A stretch of 64,000 bases of DNA from Verrucomicrobiaceae bacterium (GTDB taxonomy: Bacteria > Verrucomicrobiota > Verrucomicrobiia > Verrucomicrobiales > Akkermansiaceae). A program made the translations under genes and the position numbers. Position 1 is the first letter of the stretch, and the number at the start of each line of letters is the position of its first letter. The notes beneath the pieces were generated by a model. The model did not search any database and was not told the origin of the DNA. It saw only the letters and a program-made list of their open reading frames with translations. The stretch covers positions 1-64,000 of the forward strand of contig JBPOGH010000009.1 of assembly GCA_051252135.1 (NCBI GenBank). The letters are read 5' to 3'. Of this stretch, positions 27,589-37,422 are shown one piece after another.

Positions 27589-27798
27589 GGAAACACTGCT
27601 TCAAGATGAAGCACGCTGAAAGGTGTGATGGATTTTTTAGCCAGGGAAGCTTCGCTTCCGAGGTGGCAGGAGCTGCAGCCCTTTTGGATTCTGGCGGCGT
27701 TGCTCAGGGAGCCGCTGATCATCAGCGTCTCCCTTCGCGCCTTGCCAGACTTCAAAATGACTTGCAGCAGCGAACTCCCTCTTTCATCAGCGCTTCCC
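27588..27798. mobile_element. MITE-like element (about 211 bp)
   Basis: Imperfect 19-bp terminal inverted repeats (14/19; GGGAArCrCTG...), TA on both sides, nested internal hairpin TCTGGC...GGGAG..CGCTGAT-c-ATCAGCG..CTCCC...GCCAGA. Confidence 0.7.
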
Positions 27799-28220
27799 TA
27801 GCGGAGGATTTCGAGGTGGTCGGCGACCTTGAGAATGTAGCCGACGTCTCCGTGCGGGTCGCCGTAGCAGACGATCCAGAATTCGCAGTTCTTGAGTTGG
27901 TCGGGCGAGGCTGAGAATGAGGCAGTGATGAGATCGGATGATTGGCCGCGGACGACGGGGTTGGGCTGGAGGCGGGCGGAGAGGAGGTGTTTGTCCTTGG
28001 GTGTGGTCATGCGCAGCTCGATGTAGGTGAATTTTCCGAGGGAGCCTTTTGTTTGAATTTCCAGCCAGACCTTGGTGCCGGCATCTCCGTTTTTGCGCTG
28101 CTTCATGGTGACTCCCATCTCCCCGGCCTTTTCTTTCGGGAGATAGCCAACGGAGATCATGGCTCCGGCGGAAATGGTGAGGGTGAGGAGAAGGCAGCCG
28201 AGATGGAGAATACGGGTCAT
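27798..28220 (-). CDS. Secreted hypothetical protein
   Basis: ATG 28220 with signal peptide MTRILHLGCLLLTLTISAGA. Confidence 0.7.
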   Translation of the reverse strand: MTRILHLGCLLLTLTISAGAMISVGYLPKEKAGEMGVTMKQRKNGDAGTKVWLEIQTKGSLGKFTYIELRMTTPKDKHLLSARLQPNPVVRGQSSDLITASFSASPDQLKNCEFWIVCYGDPHGDVGYILKVADHLEILR

Positions 28221-28296
28221 GATGTTAGGATGACACGCGGGCGCGGAGTTTCTTAGTGAATTTATCACGGCCTCCAAGATCGAGGGATCGGCCCAC

Positions 28297-28329
28297 AAAA
28301 AAGACCCGCCTTTGTAGGGCGGGTCTTTT
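28297..28329 (-). terminator. Intrinsic terminator downstream of the RNA-binding protein gene
   Basis: AAAAAAGACCCGCC-tttgtag-GGCGGGTCTTTT. Confidence 0.8.
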
Positions 28330-28351
28330 GGAAAATAATTTCAGGATGGGA

Positions 28352-28765
28352 TTACCAGCCTCCGTTATCTGAGCGACGGTCACGGCCACCACCACGGCGA
28401 TCGTTTCCACCACCACGGCGATCTCCGCCGCCACCGCGACGATCTCCACCGCCGCCGCCACGACGATCACCGCCGCCACCGCCACGGTATCCGCCGCCGC
28501 CGCCGCCACCACCGCCGGATGGGCGACGTTCTTCGGCTTCATTGACACGCAAGTTGCGACCCTGGAGGTCTGCGCCGTCCATCTCTTCGATGGCCTTGCG
28601 GGCTTGGTCGTCATCCTGAAGCGTGATGAAGGCAAATCCGCGTGGGCGGTTTGTCTCACGGTCGAGAGGGATGAACAGGTCTTCAATCGTTCCGTAAGCT
28701 GCGAATGCTTCACGGATGTCCTCATCTGAGGCGCTAAATGGCAAATTGCCGAGGTACAGTTTCAT
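28352..28765 (-). CDS. RRM (RNP-1) RNA-binding protein with Gly/Arg-rich tail
   Basis: RNP2 LYLGNLPF, RNP1 RGFAFI, LRVNEAE, GGGGDRR repeats. Confidence 0.95.
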   Translation of the reverse strand: MKLYLGNLPFSASDEDIREAFAAYGTIEDLFIPLDRETNRPRGFAFITLQDDDQARKAIEEMDGADLQGRNLRVNEAEERRPSGGGGGGGGGYRGGGGGDRRGGGGGDRRGGGGDRRGGGNDRRGGGRDRRSDNGGW

Positions 28766-28881
28766 AGTCTTAAAAGGAGAGGGCAGTCCGGTCAAAATGA
28801 GTCGAACTCCCTCTGCGGGGGGCAGGCTGTCGGAAAAATAGGGCTTTGGCGAGAATTCTTATCACTTATTCACATTGGGTG

Positions 28882-29850
28882 TCAGGAGTAAAAAATCTTG
28901 CTGAGGCTGAGATAGAGCGGGATTCCGATGACGAGGTTGAAGGGGAAGGTGATGCCGAGGGAGGCGGTGACGTAGTAGCCGGGGTTGGCTTGGGGGAGGG
29001 AGACGCGGGCGGCGGCGGGGGCGGCGATGTAGGAGGCGCTGGCGCAAAGAACGGCAAAGATGACGGCACCCCCCTGGGAGAGTCCGATGAGCCAGGCAGT
29101 GGAAAGGCCGAGGAGGCCCTGAACGACGGGGGCGATGAGGGCGAAGGCGATGAGGCGTTTGTTGGCGGAGCTGAGATCGATGATTTTATGACCGGCGATG
29201 AGTCCCATCTCGAGGAGGAAGAGCATGAGGACGCCGTAAAAGGGGTCGAGGAGGAAGGGTTTGACGAGGGCGAGGCCTTCGGCTCCGGAGGTGGCTCCGC
29301 AGAGGAGTCCGCAAAGGAGGAGGAGGAGGGTTTTTCCGGAAATGACCTCCTGGAGCGCTTTTTTCATGGGGGTTTTGCCTTCGGGGTTGAATTGCTTGGC
29401 AAGGAGGAGGGCGACGAAGATGGCGGGGATTTCCATGGCGGCCATGACGGCGGGCATGAAGTTCTCGTAGGCGATGCCTTGTTTGGTGAGGAAGGCGAGG
29501 GCGGCCATGAAGGTGACGGCGGAGACCGAGCCGTAGTGTGCGGCGAGGGCGGCGGCGTCTGAGACGTTCATTTTGAGGAACTTGCGGGTGATGAGGAAGA
29601 CGCAGACCGGAATGAGTGAACCGACGAAGAGAGTGGCGAGGAGGGGGAGTCCCAGTTCCGAGATGCTGGAGGCTGCCATGGAGGATCCTCCTTTGAAGCC
29701 GATGGCGAGGAGGAGGTAGATGGTGAGGCCTTGATAGACCTGCTCGGGGAAGCGGAGATCACTGCGGGCCCAAACTGCGACGACACCTGTGGCGAAACAG
29801 ATGACGGGGGGTGAGATGAGATTGGAGAGGAGGAGGGAGATTGAATCCAT
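28882..29850 (-). CDS. Sodium-dependent bicarbonate transporter family permease (SbtA/DUF897)
   Basis: IYLLLAIGFKGG, AAHYGSVSAVTF, SASYIAAPAA, LGITFPFNLVIGIPLY. Confidence 0.9.
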   Translation of the reverse strand: MDSISLLLSNLISPPVICFATGVVAVWARSDLRFPEQVYQGLTIYLLLAIGFKGGSSMAASSISELGLPLLATLFVGSLIPVCVFLITRKFLKMNVSDAAALAAHYGSVSAVTFMAALAFLTKQGIAYENFMPAVMAAMEIPAIFVALLLAKQFNPEGKTPMKKALQEVISGKTLLLLLCGLLCGATSGAEGLALVKPFLLDPFYGVLMLFLLEMGLIAGHKIIDLSSANKRLIAFALIAPVVQGLLGLSTAWLIGLSQGGAVIFAVLCASASYIAAPAAARVSLPQANPGYYVTASLGITFPFNLVIGIPLYLSLSKIFYS

Positions 29851-30000
29851 GAGGTGGGGCCTGTGGCCGGGGCTCGCTATAGGGCCGGGCGAATGGCACA
29901 CAAGAAAAACGTGAATTAAATTTCATGTTTTGTATTGCGTTTAATTGGAATGGGAAAATTTTCCGCTGGTCCGGAAAGGAGGGGGCGGCATGATGCGGGG

Positions 30001-30687
30001 GTGAAATTCCTCTGTGTTATAGCCCTTTTGAGCAGCTCTGTTTTTGCCGACCACCATGCAATCAATCAATTGACCGAGGAGGAGAAGTCGGCTGGCTGGA
30101 GCTTGCTTTTTGATGGGAAGACGACGGAGCACTTTCGGAATTACAAGAAGGAGGGGGTATCGCCAAAGTGGGAGGTGAAGGACGGGCTGCTGACGCTGAA
30201 GGCGAAAGGGGGCGGTGATTTGATCACGAAGAAGCAGTATGAGGCTTTTGAGTTCACGGTGGACTATCGGATTTCCAAGGGAGGCAACTCGGGGTTGATG
30301 ATCCACGTGCAGGAAACGGAGAAGAAGCCCTGGCAGACGGGTCCGGAGATTCAGATTCAGGATAATGTGGACGGGCATGATCCGCAGAAGGCGGGTTGGC
30401 TTTATCAGCTCTACAAGCCGGAGCCGATGGTGGATGCGACGAAGCCGGCCGGGGAGTGGAACACGCTTCGTATTTTGATCACGCCGGAGAAGTGCGTGCA
30501 CTGGATGAACGGGACGAAGTATGTGGAGTATGTGAAGGGATCCGAGGAGTGGGATGAGCTGGTGGCGAAGTCGAAGTTTGCAGCGTTTCCCAATTTTGGA
30601 AAGCCGACGAAAGGGCACCTGTGCCTTCAGGATCACGGGAACGTGGTGTCCTTCCGCAACATCAAGGTGCGGGAGATTGCGAAGTAA
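30001..30687 (+). CDS. DUF1080 (3-keto-disaccharide hydrolase-like) secreted protein
   Basis: GWSLLFDGKT, GGNSG, EIQIQD, GEWN, GHLCLQDHG..VSFRNIK. Confidence 0.9.
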   Translation: MKFLCVIALLSSSVFADHHAINQLTEEEKSAGWSLLFDGKTTEHFRNYKKEGVSPKWEVKDGLLTLKAKGGGDLITKKQYEAFEFTVDYRISKGGNSGLMIHVQETEKKPWQTGPEIQIQDNVDGHDPQKAGWLYQLYKPEPMVDATKPAGEWNTLRILITPEKCVHWMNGTKYVEYVKGSEEWDELVAKSKFAAFPNFGKPTKGHLCLQDHGNVVSFRNIKVREIAK

Positions 30688-30731
30688 TATCGGATTGTAG
30701 TTTGTCCGAGGGGGGCGATGGTTGATGTGAC

Positions 30732-30884
30732 ATGGACATCCAAGGCACATTGATTCTACTGGCGATTTTGGGGCTGGGGTTTTGGATATTTGCAAAAGTG
30801 ACCCAGGTGCTGATCAAGGTCGCGTTCATCGTGGTGGCTTTGATTGTGGTGATCGTGATGTATGGTGATCAGCTGCCGATTTAG
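30732..30884 (+). CDS. Small membrane protein (50 aa, not in ORF track)
   Basis: MDIQGTLILLAILGLGFWIFAKVTQVLIKVAFIVVALIVVIVMYGDQLPI; two hydrophobic segments; fills the intergenic gap. Confidence 0.55.
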   Translation: MDIQGTLILLAILGLGFWIFAKVTQVLIKVAFIVVALIVVIVMYGDQLPI

Positions 30885-30946
30885 GGTGGGATAGAGCGGG
30901 TTTTTTGGAGATGGTCATGGGGGAATATTCTGATATCCCTCGGGAA

Positions 30947-32221
30947 ATGAGTAAGAAGAAAGCTTTTCTCCTGTGTGCCCTGATGGGGTTCCTATCGGTG
31001 AATGCCGCCGAGTTGCGGACGTGGACCTCTTCATCGGGAACGACGATTGAGGCGAAGTTTCAGAAGATGGATGAGAAAGAGGTTTCCCTGGTCACGCCAG
31101 AGTCGAAGGTGATCAAGGTGAAGATCAAGGGTCTTTCGCTGGCCGACCGCCATCATCTGGTGGAATATGCGCAGGCGGACCGCAAGATTCTCACGGAAGT
31201 GGATCTGACGGTGCCGGAAAAGGATGCCCGGATTGACAAGAGCACGTTCAAGGCTCTGGAGAAGAAGATGGGATTCGGTGATGAGACTGCGATCGAGTTC
31301 GACCTTTTTGAATCCGAGCATTTCTTCATTGCGAGTGCGGGACGTTTTCGGGCCAATGCGACGGCGGAAATGGCGGAGCGGCTATGGCACGGGATGGCCT
31401 TCCAGCACATGAATTTTCGAAAGGACTGGGGCGACAAGAAGATGGTGGTGATTGTGACCAATGACGATGAGACCTATCAGGCGCTGGGGGAGTGGTATGC
31501 GGAGTATATTATCAAGAACTCGACCGAGGAGGAGGAAGGCCGTCAGCGGGCGGGACGGCTGCAGGCGACGTGGATGCGGGTTTCGGGGACGTCGATTCAG
31601 CTTCCGGAGGCCCAGCAGGAGAATCTGAACGCGTTTCCGCGGGCGAAGGTTTTTCGGATTCAGGAGGGGCGTGACGATGATGGTTACAAGAAGGTGTTCA
31701 GCCCCTTTGCGACCCACGGATTGGCGGGAATGCTTCTGACCCATCAGATGGGAGGAATCAGCAGCATTTCACCGGATGGCTACTTTGCTCTCACGACGGG
31801 GCATTCTTATTTTAAAGAGATTCAGTTGGCCGGGAAGTCCGAGACCCGCCTGATCGATGCCGGAAAATACGGAGATGAGAACGAGATCACCTCTGCGAGT
31901 GGGTTCGAGGACGGCCGGTCATGGGCGAAGACCTTGCGCAAGTTGGTGCGCCGCGGTGACATTGTCCCGAATCTCGAGAAGCTTCTCTCCTATGAGGCGA
32001 GTGATCTGACTCCGGAGCAACTGGTGCTGATTTATTCCTTCGCCTATTACATGCAGAGTGAGTCGGGACGGCTTACTTCCTTTGCCAATATGATCCGGCG
32101 GATTGAGTCGAACTCGCAGGTTCCCGCTCCGATCGAGATTGCCAAGTTGTTTGGCTTCGAAACGGTGGAGGCCTTTGACGCCGACTGGACGGAATTCGTA
32201 AAAAGCACCAAGTTCAAATAA
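30947..32221 (+). CDS. Secreted protein with N-terminal SHD1-like module
   Basis: Signal peptide then RTWTSSSGTTIEAKF...LSLADR; remainder unrecognised. Confidence 0.75.
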   Translation: MSKKKAFLLCALMGFLSVNAAELRTWTSSSGTTIEAKFQKMDEKEVSLVTPESKVIKVKIKGLSLADRHHLVEYAQADRKILTEVDLTVPEKDARIDKSTFKALEKKMGFGDETAIEFDLFESEHFFIASAGRFRANATAEMAERLWHGMAFQHMNFRKDWGDKKMVVIVTNDDETYQALGEWYAEYIIKNSTEEEEGRQRAGRLQATWMRVSGTSIQLPEAQQENLNAFPRAKVFRIQEGRDDDGYKKVFSPFATHGLAGMLLTHQMGGISSISPDGYFALTTGHSYFKEIQLAGKSETRLIDAGKYGDENEITSASGFEDGRSWAKTLRKLVRRGDIVPNLEKLLSYEASDLTPEQLVLIYSFAYYMQSESGRLTSFANMIRRIESNSQVPAPIEIAKLFGFETVEAFDADWTEFVKSTKFK

Positions 32222-32230
32222 CCCCATTCC

Positions 32231-33613
32231 ATGAAATTTATTAAAACCTCACTCGCTCTTTTCTTCGCGCTCTTTGCTCCGCTCGCCTCGGGCCAGCAGG
32301 AGGGAGTTGAACAGGAGTATCGCACCTTTACCGGGAGCAACGGAACGGAAATTGAGGCGGTGCTTCTCGATCGTAATGATGAGGGGAAGATTGCGGTGCT
32401 GTTATTGAAGAACGGAAGCCGGGCCAATGTCCCTTTTGACAAGCTGAGCGCCGAGGATCTTGAGTATATCAAGGCGTGGTCGCGGGAGAAGGCGATCTTT
32501 TTGAGATCGTGCCAGGGTCTGACTGTCAGACAGCTGCTGGAGTTGCGCGGGTATGAGCCGATCCGGTTCGAGCTTGAGGGGAATGCGATCATGCTTCCGG
32601 GCAAGTTGAACGGGAAAGAGGTGAAGGTGCAGGTTGATACCGGTGCGGGAACGACCCTGATGCACCTGCCAACCGTTGAGGCGGCCGGTTGCAAGGTGGG
32701 GCCTCTTGAGCACAAGATTTGGGGGGTTGCGGGATTCCAGCCTGCGGGTATCGCGGAGGTGCCCAGTCTCGAATTGGGGAGCAGCATTTTCAAGGATCAG
32801 GAGATCATGGCGGCGGACCGGAACTTCAACATGCCGAAGGGATTCAAAACCAATGAGGACATCCTTTTGGGTGCGGAATATCTCATCAAGCTGGAGACGG
32901 TGATTTCCTACAAGGAGCGGGTGATCTTCTTCCGCCCTGACAACTCCGACCGGGTTGAGATTGAGAAGAAAGGTGAAGGAGACGACGACTTCAGCTTCCG
33001 TATTTTCACGCAAAAGAACGGCAAGAAATTGCGGGGCAAGATGGTTGGGAAAACGGAGACCTCGGCCAAGATTCAACTGCAGAACGGACAGGAGAGACTG
33101 GTTTCCTTTAGCTCGTTGTCACCGGAGGATTCGGAATATGCCTTTGGCTGGAGTGAGCAGAAGGCGACCTTTATGCAGCATTGCCGGAGTCTTACGGTGG
33201 AGGAGCTTCTTGATCTGCGGCGTTATCAGTCGTTCCAGTACAAGCGCGAAGGGAATCACATCTTTGTGGATGGTACGCTCAATGACCACGAGGTGCTGTG
33301 GATGATTGATACCGGAGCGGATAGCAGCCTTCTGCATCTTCATTGGGCCGAGAAATTCGGTTGTGAAGTGGGGCCGATGAACAAGAAGGTTTATGGGATC
33401 GGAGGAAGTGCTCCGGCGGCGGCGACCAAGATTGACAAGATCACCCTCGGCGATGCCACGCTGACCAACCGCCTGCTTCTGGCGACCGATTTGCGGCGCA
33501 ATTACGAGGACAAGGAGCAGAACTGGGTAGGGCTTTTTGGAGCGGATTACATGCGGGAGCTCGATGCGGTGATTACTTATCGTGAGAGCCGGATCTTCCT
33601 GAAGCCGAACTAG
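32231..33613 (+). CDS. Secreted protein with tandem SHD1-like plus retropepsin-like aspartyl protease units
   Basis: RTFTGSNGTEIEA / RIFTQKNGKKLRG modules; VDTGAG and IDTGAD motifs; LLGAEYL and LFGADYM. Confidence 0.8.
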   Translation: MKFIKTSLALFFALFAPLASGQQEGVEQEYRTFTGSNGTEIEAVLLDRNDEGKIAVLLLKNGSRANVPFDKLSAEDLEYIKAWSREKAIFLRSCQGLTVRQLLELRGYEPIRFELEGNAIMLPGKLNGKEVKVQVDTGAGTTLMHLPTVEAAGCKVGPLEHKIWGVAGFQPAGIAEVPSLELGSSIFKDQEIMAADRNFNMPKGFKTNEDILLGAEYLIKLETVISYKERVIFFRPDNSDRVEIEKKGEGDDDFSFRIFTQKNGKKLRGKMVGKTETSAKIQLQNGQERLVSFSSLSPEDSEYAFGWSEQKATFMQHCRSLTVEELLDLRRYQSFQYKREGNHIFVDGTLNDHEVLWMIDTGADSSLLHLHWAEKFGCEVGPMNKKVYGIGGSAPAAATKIDKITLGDATLTNRLLLATDLRRNYEDKEQNWVGLFGADYMRELDAVITYRESRIFLKPN

Positions 33614-33646
33614 GGATCGAAGGGAATTTTCCACGATGGTGGATCG

Positions 33647-33678
33647 AAGGCCGGGGCGGGAAGCTCCGGCCTTTTTTT
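33647..33678 (+). terminator. Intrinsic terminator
   Basis: AAGGCCGGGGC-gggaa-GCTCCGGCC followed by T7. Confidence 0.8.
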
Positions 33679-33715
33679 GAGTCGATTTTTTTCGGGCAGG
33701 GAGGATGATTGGAAG

Positions 33716-34483
33716 ATGTTATTTGGTCGAATCGGAGTGATTTTTTTGTTGGGGCTGACGGGGATGCGGGCGGAGCCTGTGAGGGAGTCCCTGCCGAAGG
33801 AAGTGGCCGGGGAGATGGTGTCGCTGAGTGCGGATTATTGGGTTTTTGGCAAAGGGGATGTGAAAGAGGGGGAGAAGCTTCCGTTGATTATTTATCTTCA
33901 CGGGGCGGGGGGAATCGGGACGGACCTGGGGCGGATCCGGCGGCAGCCGCAGGCGTTGCTGGAGACGGTGGCGAAAGCGGGGAAGCGGTGTTTGTGTGTC
34001 GCTCCGCAGGCGACGCGGAACCCGATGGAGCATCGGGAGAAGGGTGGGTGGGTGCCTGCGGATCTGAATCGTTTATTGGGTCATCTGAAGAAAACGCTGC
34101 CGGTGGATGTGAAGCGCATTTATCTGACGGGGTCGAGTATGGGGGGGTATGGGACGTTTGCGTGGGGGGCGGATTCACCGGAGCATTTTGCGGCTTTGGC
34201 GCCGATGGTGGGAGGGCTCGGAGAGGGGGGGCCGAAGGACGTGACGAAGGAACTTGAGCGGTGGGGGAAGCAGTTGGCGGGTGTGCCGCTGAAGGCCTTC
34301 TATGGGGCGGAGGACCGGGTGGTGCCGCCCGATCGGGGAGAGATGATTTTGACCGCCATCAAGAAGGCGGGAGGGACGAAGGCCGAGGTGATGGTATTGG
34401 AGGGTGAGGGGCACGGAGCGGGGCGGGTCCCCTATGGCGACGTGGGGTTTGTGGAGTGGTTGTTTGGTCAGAGGAGTGAGTGA
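33716..34483 (+). CDS. Alpha/beta hydrolase (predicted peptidase/esterase)
   Basis: PLIIYLHGAG, RIYLTGSSMGGYGT nucleophile elbow, GAEDRVVP, GEGH. Confidence 0.88.
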   Translation: MLFGRIGVIFLLGLTGMRAEPVRESLPKEVAGEMVSLSADYWVFGKGDVKEGEKLPLIIYLHGAGGIGTDLGRIRRQPQALLETVAKAGKRCLCVAPQATRNPMEHREKGGWVPADLNRLLGHLKKTLPVDVKRIYLTGSSMGGYGTFAWGADSPEHFAALAPMVGGLGEGGPKDVTKELERWGKQLAGVPLKAFYGAEDRVVPPDRGEMILTAIKKAGGTKAEVMVLEGEGHGAGRVPYGDVGFVEWLFGQRSE

Positions 34484-34549
34484 GGTTCGTCCGAACTTCG
34501 GATAGGAGAAAGGTGCTTGTGGCGTAGGTGTGAGGTGATTCACTGCGGC

Positions 34550-37420
34550 ATGGGTATTTTTCGAGGGGTTGTTGGGCTGGGATTTCTGGCGGCCAGCGCG
34601 TCTGCGGAAGTGCGCTTCAACCGGGATATCCGTCCGATCATGGCGGACAAGTGCTTCAATTGTCATGGGGCGGATGAGGGATCGCGGGAGGCGAAGCTGC
34701 GGCTGGATGTGCCGGAGGAGGCGCTTGCGGATCGGGGAGGGGTGCCGGCGATTGTTCCGGGCGATCTCAAAAAGAGTGAGATGATTTTTCGGATTTTTAA
34801 TGACGATGAAGATGAGGTGATGCCGCCTCCGGATCATCCGCATCAGTTGAGTGATGAGGAGAAGGAGACGTTGAAGCAGTGGATTCTTGAGGGGGCGAAG
34901 TATGAGGGGCACTGGGCTTTTGCGCCGGTTGGGGAGCCTGAGGTTTCCGGTGATTCGTCGTGGGCGAGAAATGGGATTGATGGCTTTGTGCTGCGGGCGA
35001 TGGAGGAGAACGGGTTGAGCCCCCAGGTGGAGGCTTCGCGTGAGACGTTGATTCGTCGTCTTTCGCTTGATTTGACCGGGTTGCCGCCGACGGCCGAGGA
35101 GGTGTCCGCTTTTGTTGAAGACACCTCGCCTGATGCGTATGATAAGCTAGTGGATCGAATCCTGGCGTCGCCCCATTATGGTGAGCGGATGGCGATGTGG
35201 TGGCTGGATGGAGCGCGTTATGCGGACACGCATGGCTTTCAGGCAGATTGGGAGCGGTATCAGTGGCCGTGGCGGGATTGGGTGATTAGGGCATTCAATT
35301 CCAATATGCCATTCGACCAGTTTACGATTGAGCAATTGGCGGGTGATCTTTTGCCGGAGGCGACGAACTCACAGATTGTGGCGACGGGGTTTAACCGGAA
35401 TCATCGGATCAATACCGAGGGTGGGGCGTTGAATGAGGAGTGGTTGATTGAAAACGTGATTGATCGGGTGGAGACGACGGGATCGGTTTGGATGGGGCTG
35501 ACATTTAATTGCTGCCGTTGTCATGATCACAAGTATGACCCGATTTCGCAGAAGGAATTTTATCAGTTCTTTGCGTTCTTCAACAATGTTCCGGAGGAGG
35601 GAAAAGGGCCGGGGAAGGCGGGGAATTTTGATCCGGTTGTGAGAGTTGATGATCCGGAGCATGATTCTTTGATTGCGCGGCTTAGCGGGGAACTTAAGCG
35701 GGCGAAGGAAGAAGATGAGGTGAATGAGCAGCCTGTGACATCGTGGCAGATCGTGGAAGACATGACGGTGCAGTCCGCGGGAGGCACGGTCTTTGAGGCG
35801 CAACCGGATCATTCTTATCGGGCGGCGGGGCCGAACCCGGTGCGGGACACCCGGACATTTTCGTTTCGAGGTGATGGGAAGCGATTGACGGCATTTCGGA
35901 TAGAGGCTCTTCCGGATGCGTCATTCGCAAACGAGGGATTTGCGCGGAAGGGGAACGGGAACTTTGTGGTAACGCAGCTTTCGGCAGAGATGGTGGAGGG
36001 GGAGGAGAGGAGGCCGCTTCAATTGGTGCGTCCGGTGGCGAGTTATGAGCAGAAGGGTTTTGCGATTGGGAATGTTCTGGATGGGAAGGCTACTACGGGC
36101 TGGGCGGTGGATGGGAACTCCAAGCAGGAGCCCAGGGAGGCCCTCTTTGAATTTGAGAAGCCGGTGACTGTGCGGCGTGGGCAGTCGATCGAGGTGACAC
36201 TCAAGTCCGAGCAGCACACGCATCATCATGTTGACCGGTTGCGTTTTTCTCTGACTTCGGATGAATCTCCCTCCATTGACGGGAAGAGAATCTCGCCTGT
36301 GGTGGCGCGTCTTGAAGGGGAGTTGAAGGCGGCGAAAGCCCGGCATCCCACGGTGATGGTGATGAAGGAGATGGCTGAGCCCCGGCCGGCTCATCTTCTG
36401 GAACGAGGTGAGTATGATAAGCCGGGGGAGTTGGTCACGGCGGCCACTCCGGCGTTTCTTCCGGCCTTGGGGGTTGAGAATCCCAACCGGTTGGATTTGG
36501 CACGATGGCTTGTCCGGCCCGATCATCCGCTGACGTCCCGGGTGCAGGTGAATCGGCTTTGGGAGAATCTTTTTGGGGTGGGGTTGGTGGAGACTTCGGA
36601 GAACTTTGGAGTGCAGGCGGATTATCCGTCGCATCCCGAGCTGTTGGATTTTTTGGCCAAGCGATATGCGGAGAACTGGGATACCAAGGCGCTTCTCAAG
36701 TTGATGGTGAGTTCAGCCACTTATCGGCAGCGGAGTCATACAGATTCCCTTCGCCAGGAGAAGGACCCATTTAATCGGCTTCTGTCGAGGGGACCGCGGT
36801 TTCGGCTGCAGGCGGAAATGATTCGCGATCAGGCTTTGGCGGTATCCGGATTGCTCAATGCGAAGATCGGCGGGCCTTCGGTGCGACCTTACCAGCCGGA
36901 GGGGATTTGGTCTGAGACCAATTTTTACGGGAACCTTCGGGACTACAAGCATGACACCAACGGAGGACAATATCGGCGCTCGATTTACACGATTTGGAAG
37001 CGCACGGCAGCGCCTCCGGGGATGACGCTTTTTGATATGCCGAGCCGCGAAATTTGTACGGTGAAGCGGCCGCGGACGAATACGCCGCTTCAAGCGCTCG
37101 CGCTTCAAAATGATCCGACCTATCTCGAGGCGGCCCGTGTCCTGGCGGAGAAGGCGATGTCCGGTGGCGGTGCTCCGGCGGCCTGGATTGCGAGGGCGTT
37201 CCATCTGGCGACTGCTCGAAGCATTTCGGCCGAGGAGCTGCAGGTTCTCGAAGCAGGATACTTGAGGCGGCTGTCTCATTTTGAACTATCTCCAGAGGAC
37301 ACGGAGGATTTCCTGAGCCCCGGTGAAGCGGTGGTGAAGGAGCCATCGGCCCAGCTTGCCGCCCTGACGACGACGACCTCACTCATCCTCAACCTCGACG
37401 AAGTCATCACCAAAGAATAA
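34550..37420 (+). CDS. Planctomycete cytochrome c / DUF1549 / DUF1553 domain protein
   Basis: [53 protein letters not shown]. Confidence 0.93.
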   Translation: MGIFRGVVGLGFLAASASAEVRFNRDIRPIMADKCFNCHGADEGSREAKLRLDVPEEALADRGGVPAIVPGDLKKSEMIFRIFNDDEDEVMPPPDHPHQLSDEEKETLKQWILEGAKYEGHWAFAPVGEPEVSGDSSWARNGIDGFVLRAMEENGLSPQVEASRETLIRRLSLDLTGLPPTAEEVSAFVEDTSPDAYDKLVDRILASPHYGERMAMWWLDGARYADTHGFQADWERYQWPWRDWVIRAFNSNMPFDQFTIEQLAGDLLPEATNSQIVATGFNRNHRINTEGGALNEEWLIENVIDRVETTGSVWMGLTFNCCRCHDHKYDPISQKEFYQFFAFFNNVPEEGKGPGKAGNFDPVVRVDDPEHDSLIARLSGELKRAKEEDEVNEQPVTSWQIVEDMTVQSAGGTVFEAQPDHSYRAAGPNPVRDTRTFSFRGDGKRLTAFRIEALPDASFANEGFARKGNGNFVVTQLSAEMVEGEERRPLQLVRPVASYEQKGFAIGNVLDGKATTGWAVDGNSKQEPREALFEFEKPVTVRRGQSIEVTLKSEQHTHHHVDRLRFSLTSDESPSIDGKRISPVVARLEGELKAAKARHPTVMVMKEMAEPRPAHLLERGEYDKPGELVTAATPAFLPALGVENPNRLDLARWLVRPDHPLTSRVQVNRLWENLFGVGLVETSENFGVQADYPSHPELLDFLAKRYAENWDTKALLKLMVSSATYRQRSHTDSLRQEKDPFNRLLSRGPRFRLQAEMIRDQALAVSGLLNAKIGGPSVRPYQPEGIWSETNFYGNLRDYKHDTNGGQYRRSIYTIWKRTAAPPGMTLFDMPSREICTVKRPRTNTPLQALALQNDPTYLEAARVLAEKAMSGGGAPAAWIARAFHLATARSISAEELQVLEAGYLRRLSHFELSPEDTEDFLSPGEAVVKEPSAQLAALTTTTSLILNLDEVITKE

Positions 37421-37422
37421 CG

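Noticed and set aside
27606..27914. 102-aa plus-strand ORF
   Set aside because: Spans the MITE-like element and the antisense of the next gene.
28380..28520. GGC/GGT-rich repeats as a DNA repeat element
   Set aside because: They encode the ordinary Gly/Arg-rich tail of the RRM protein.
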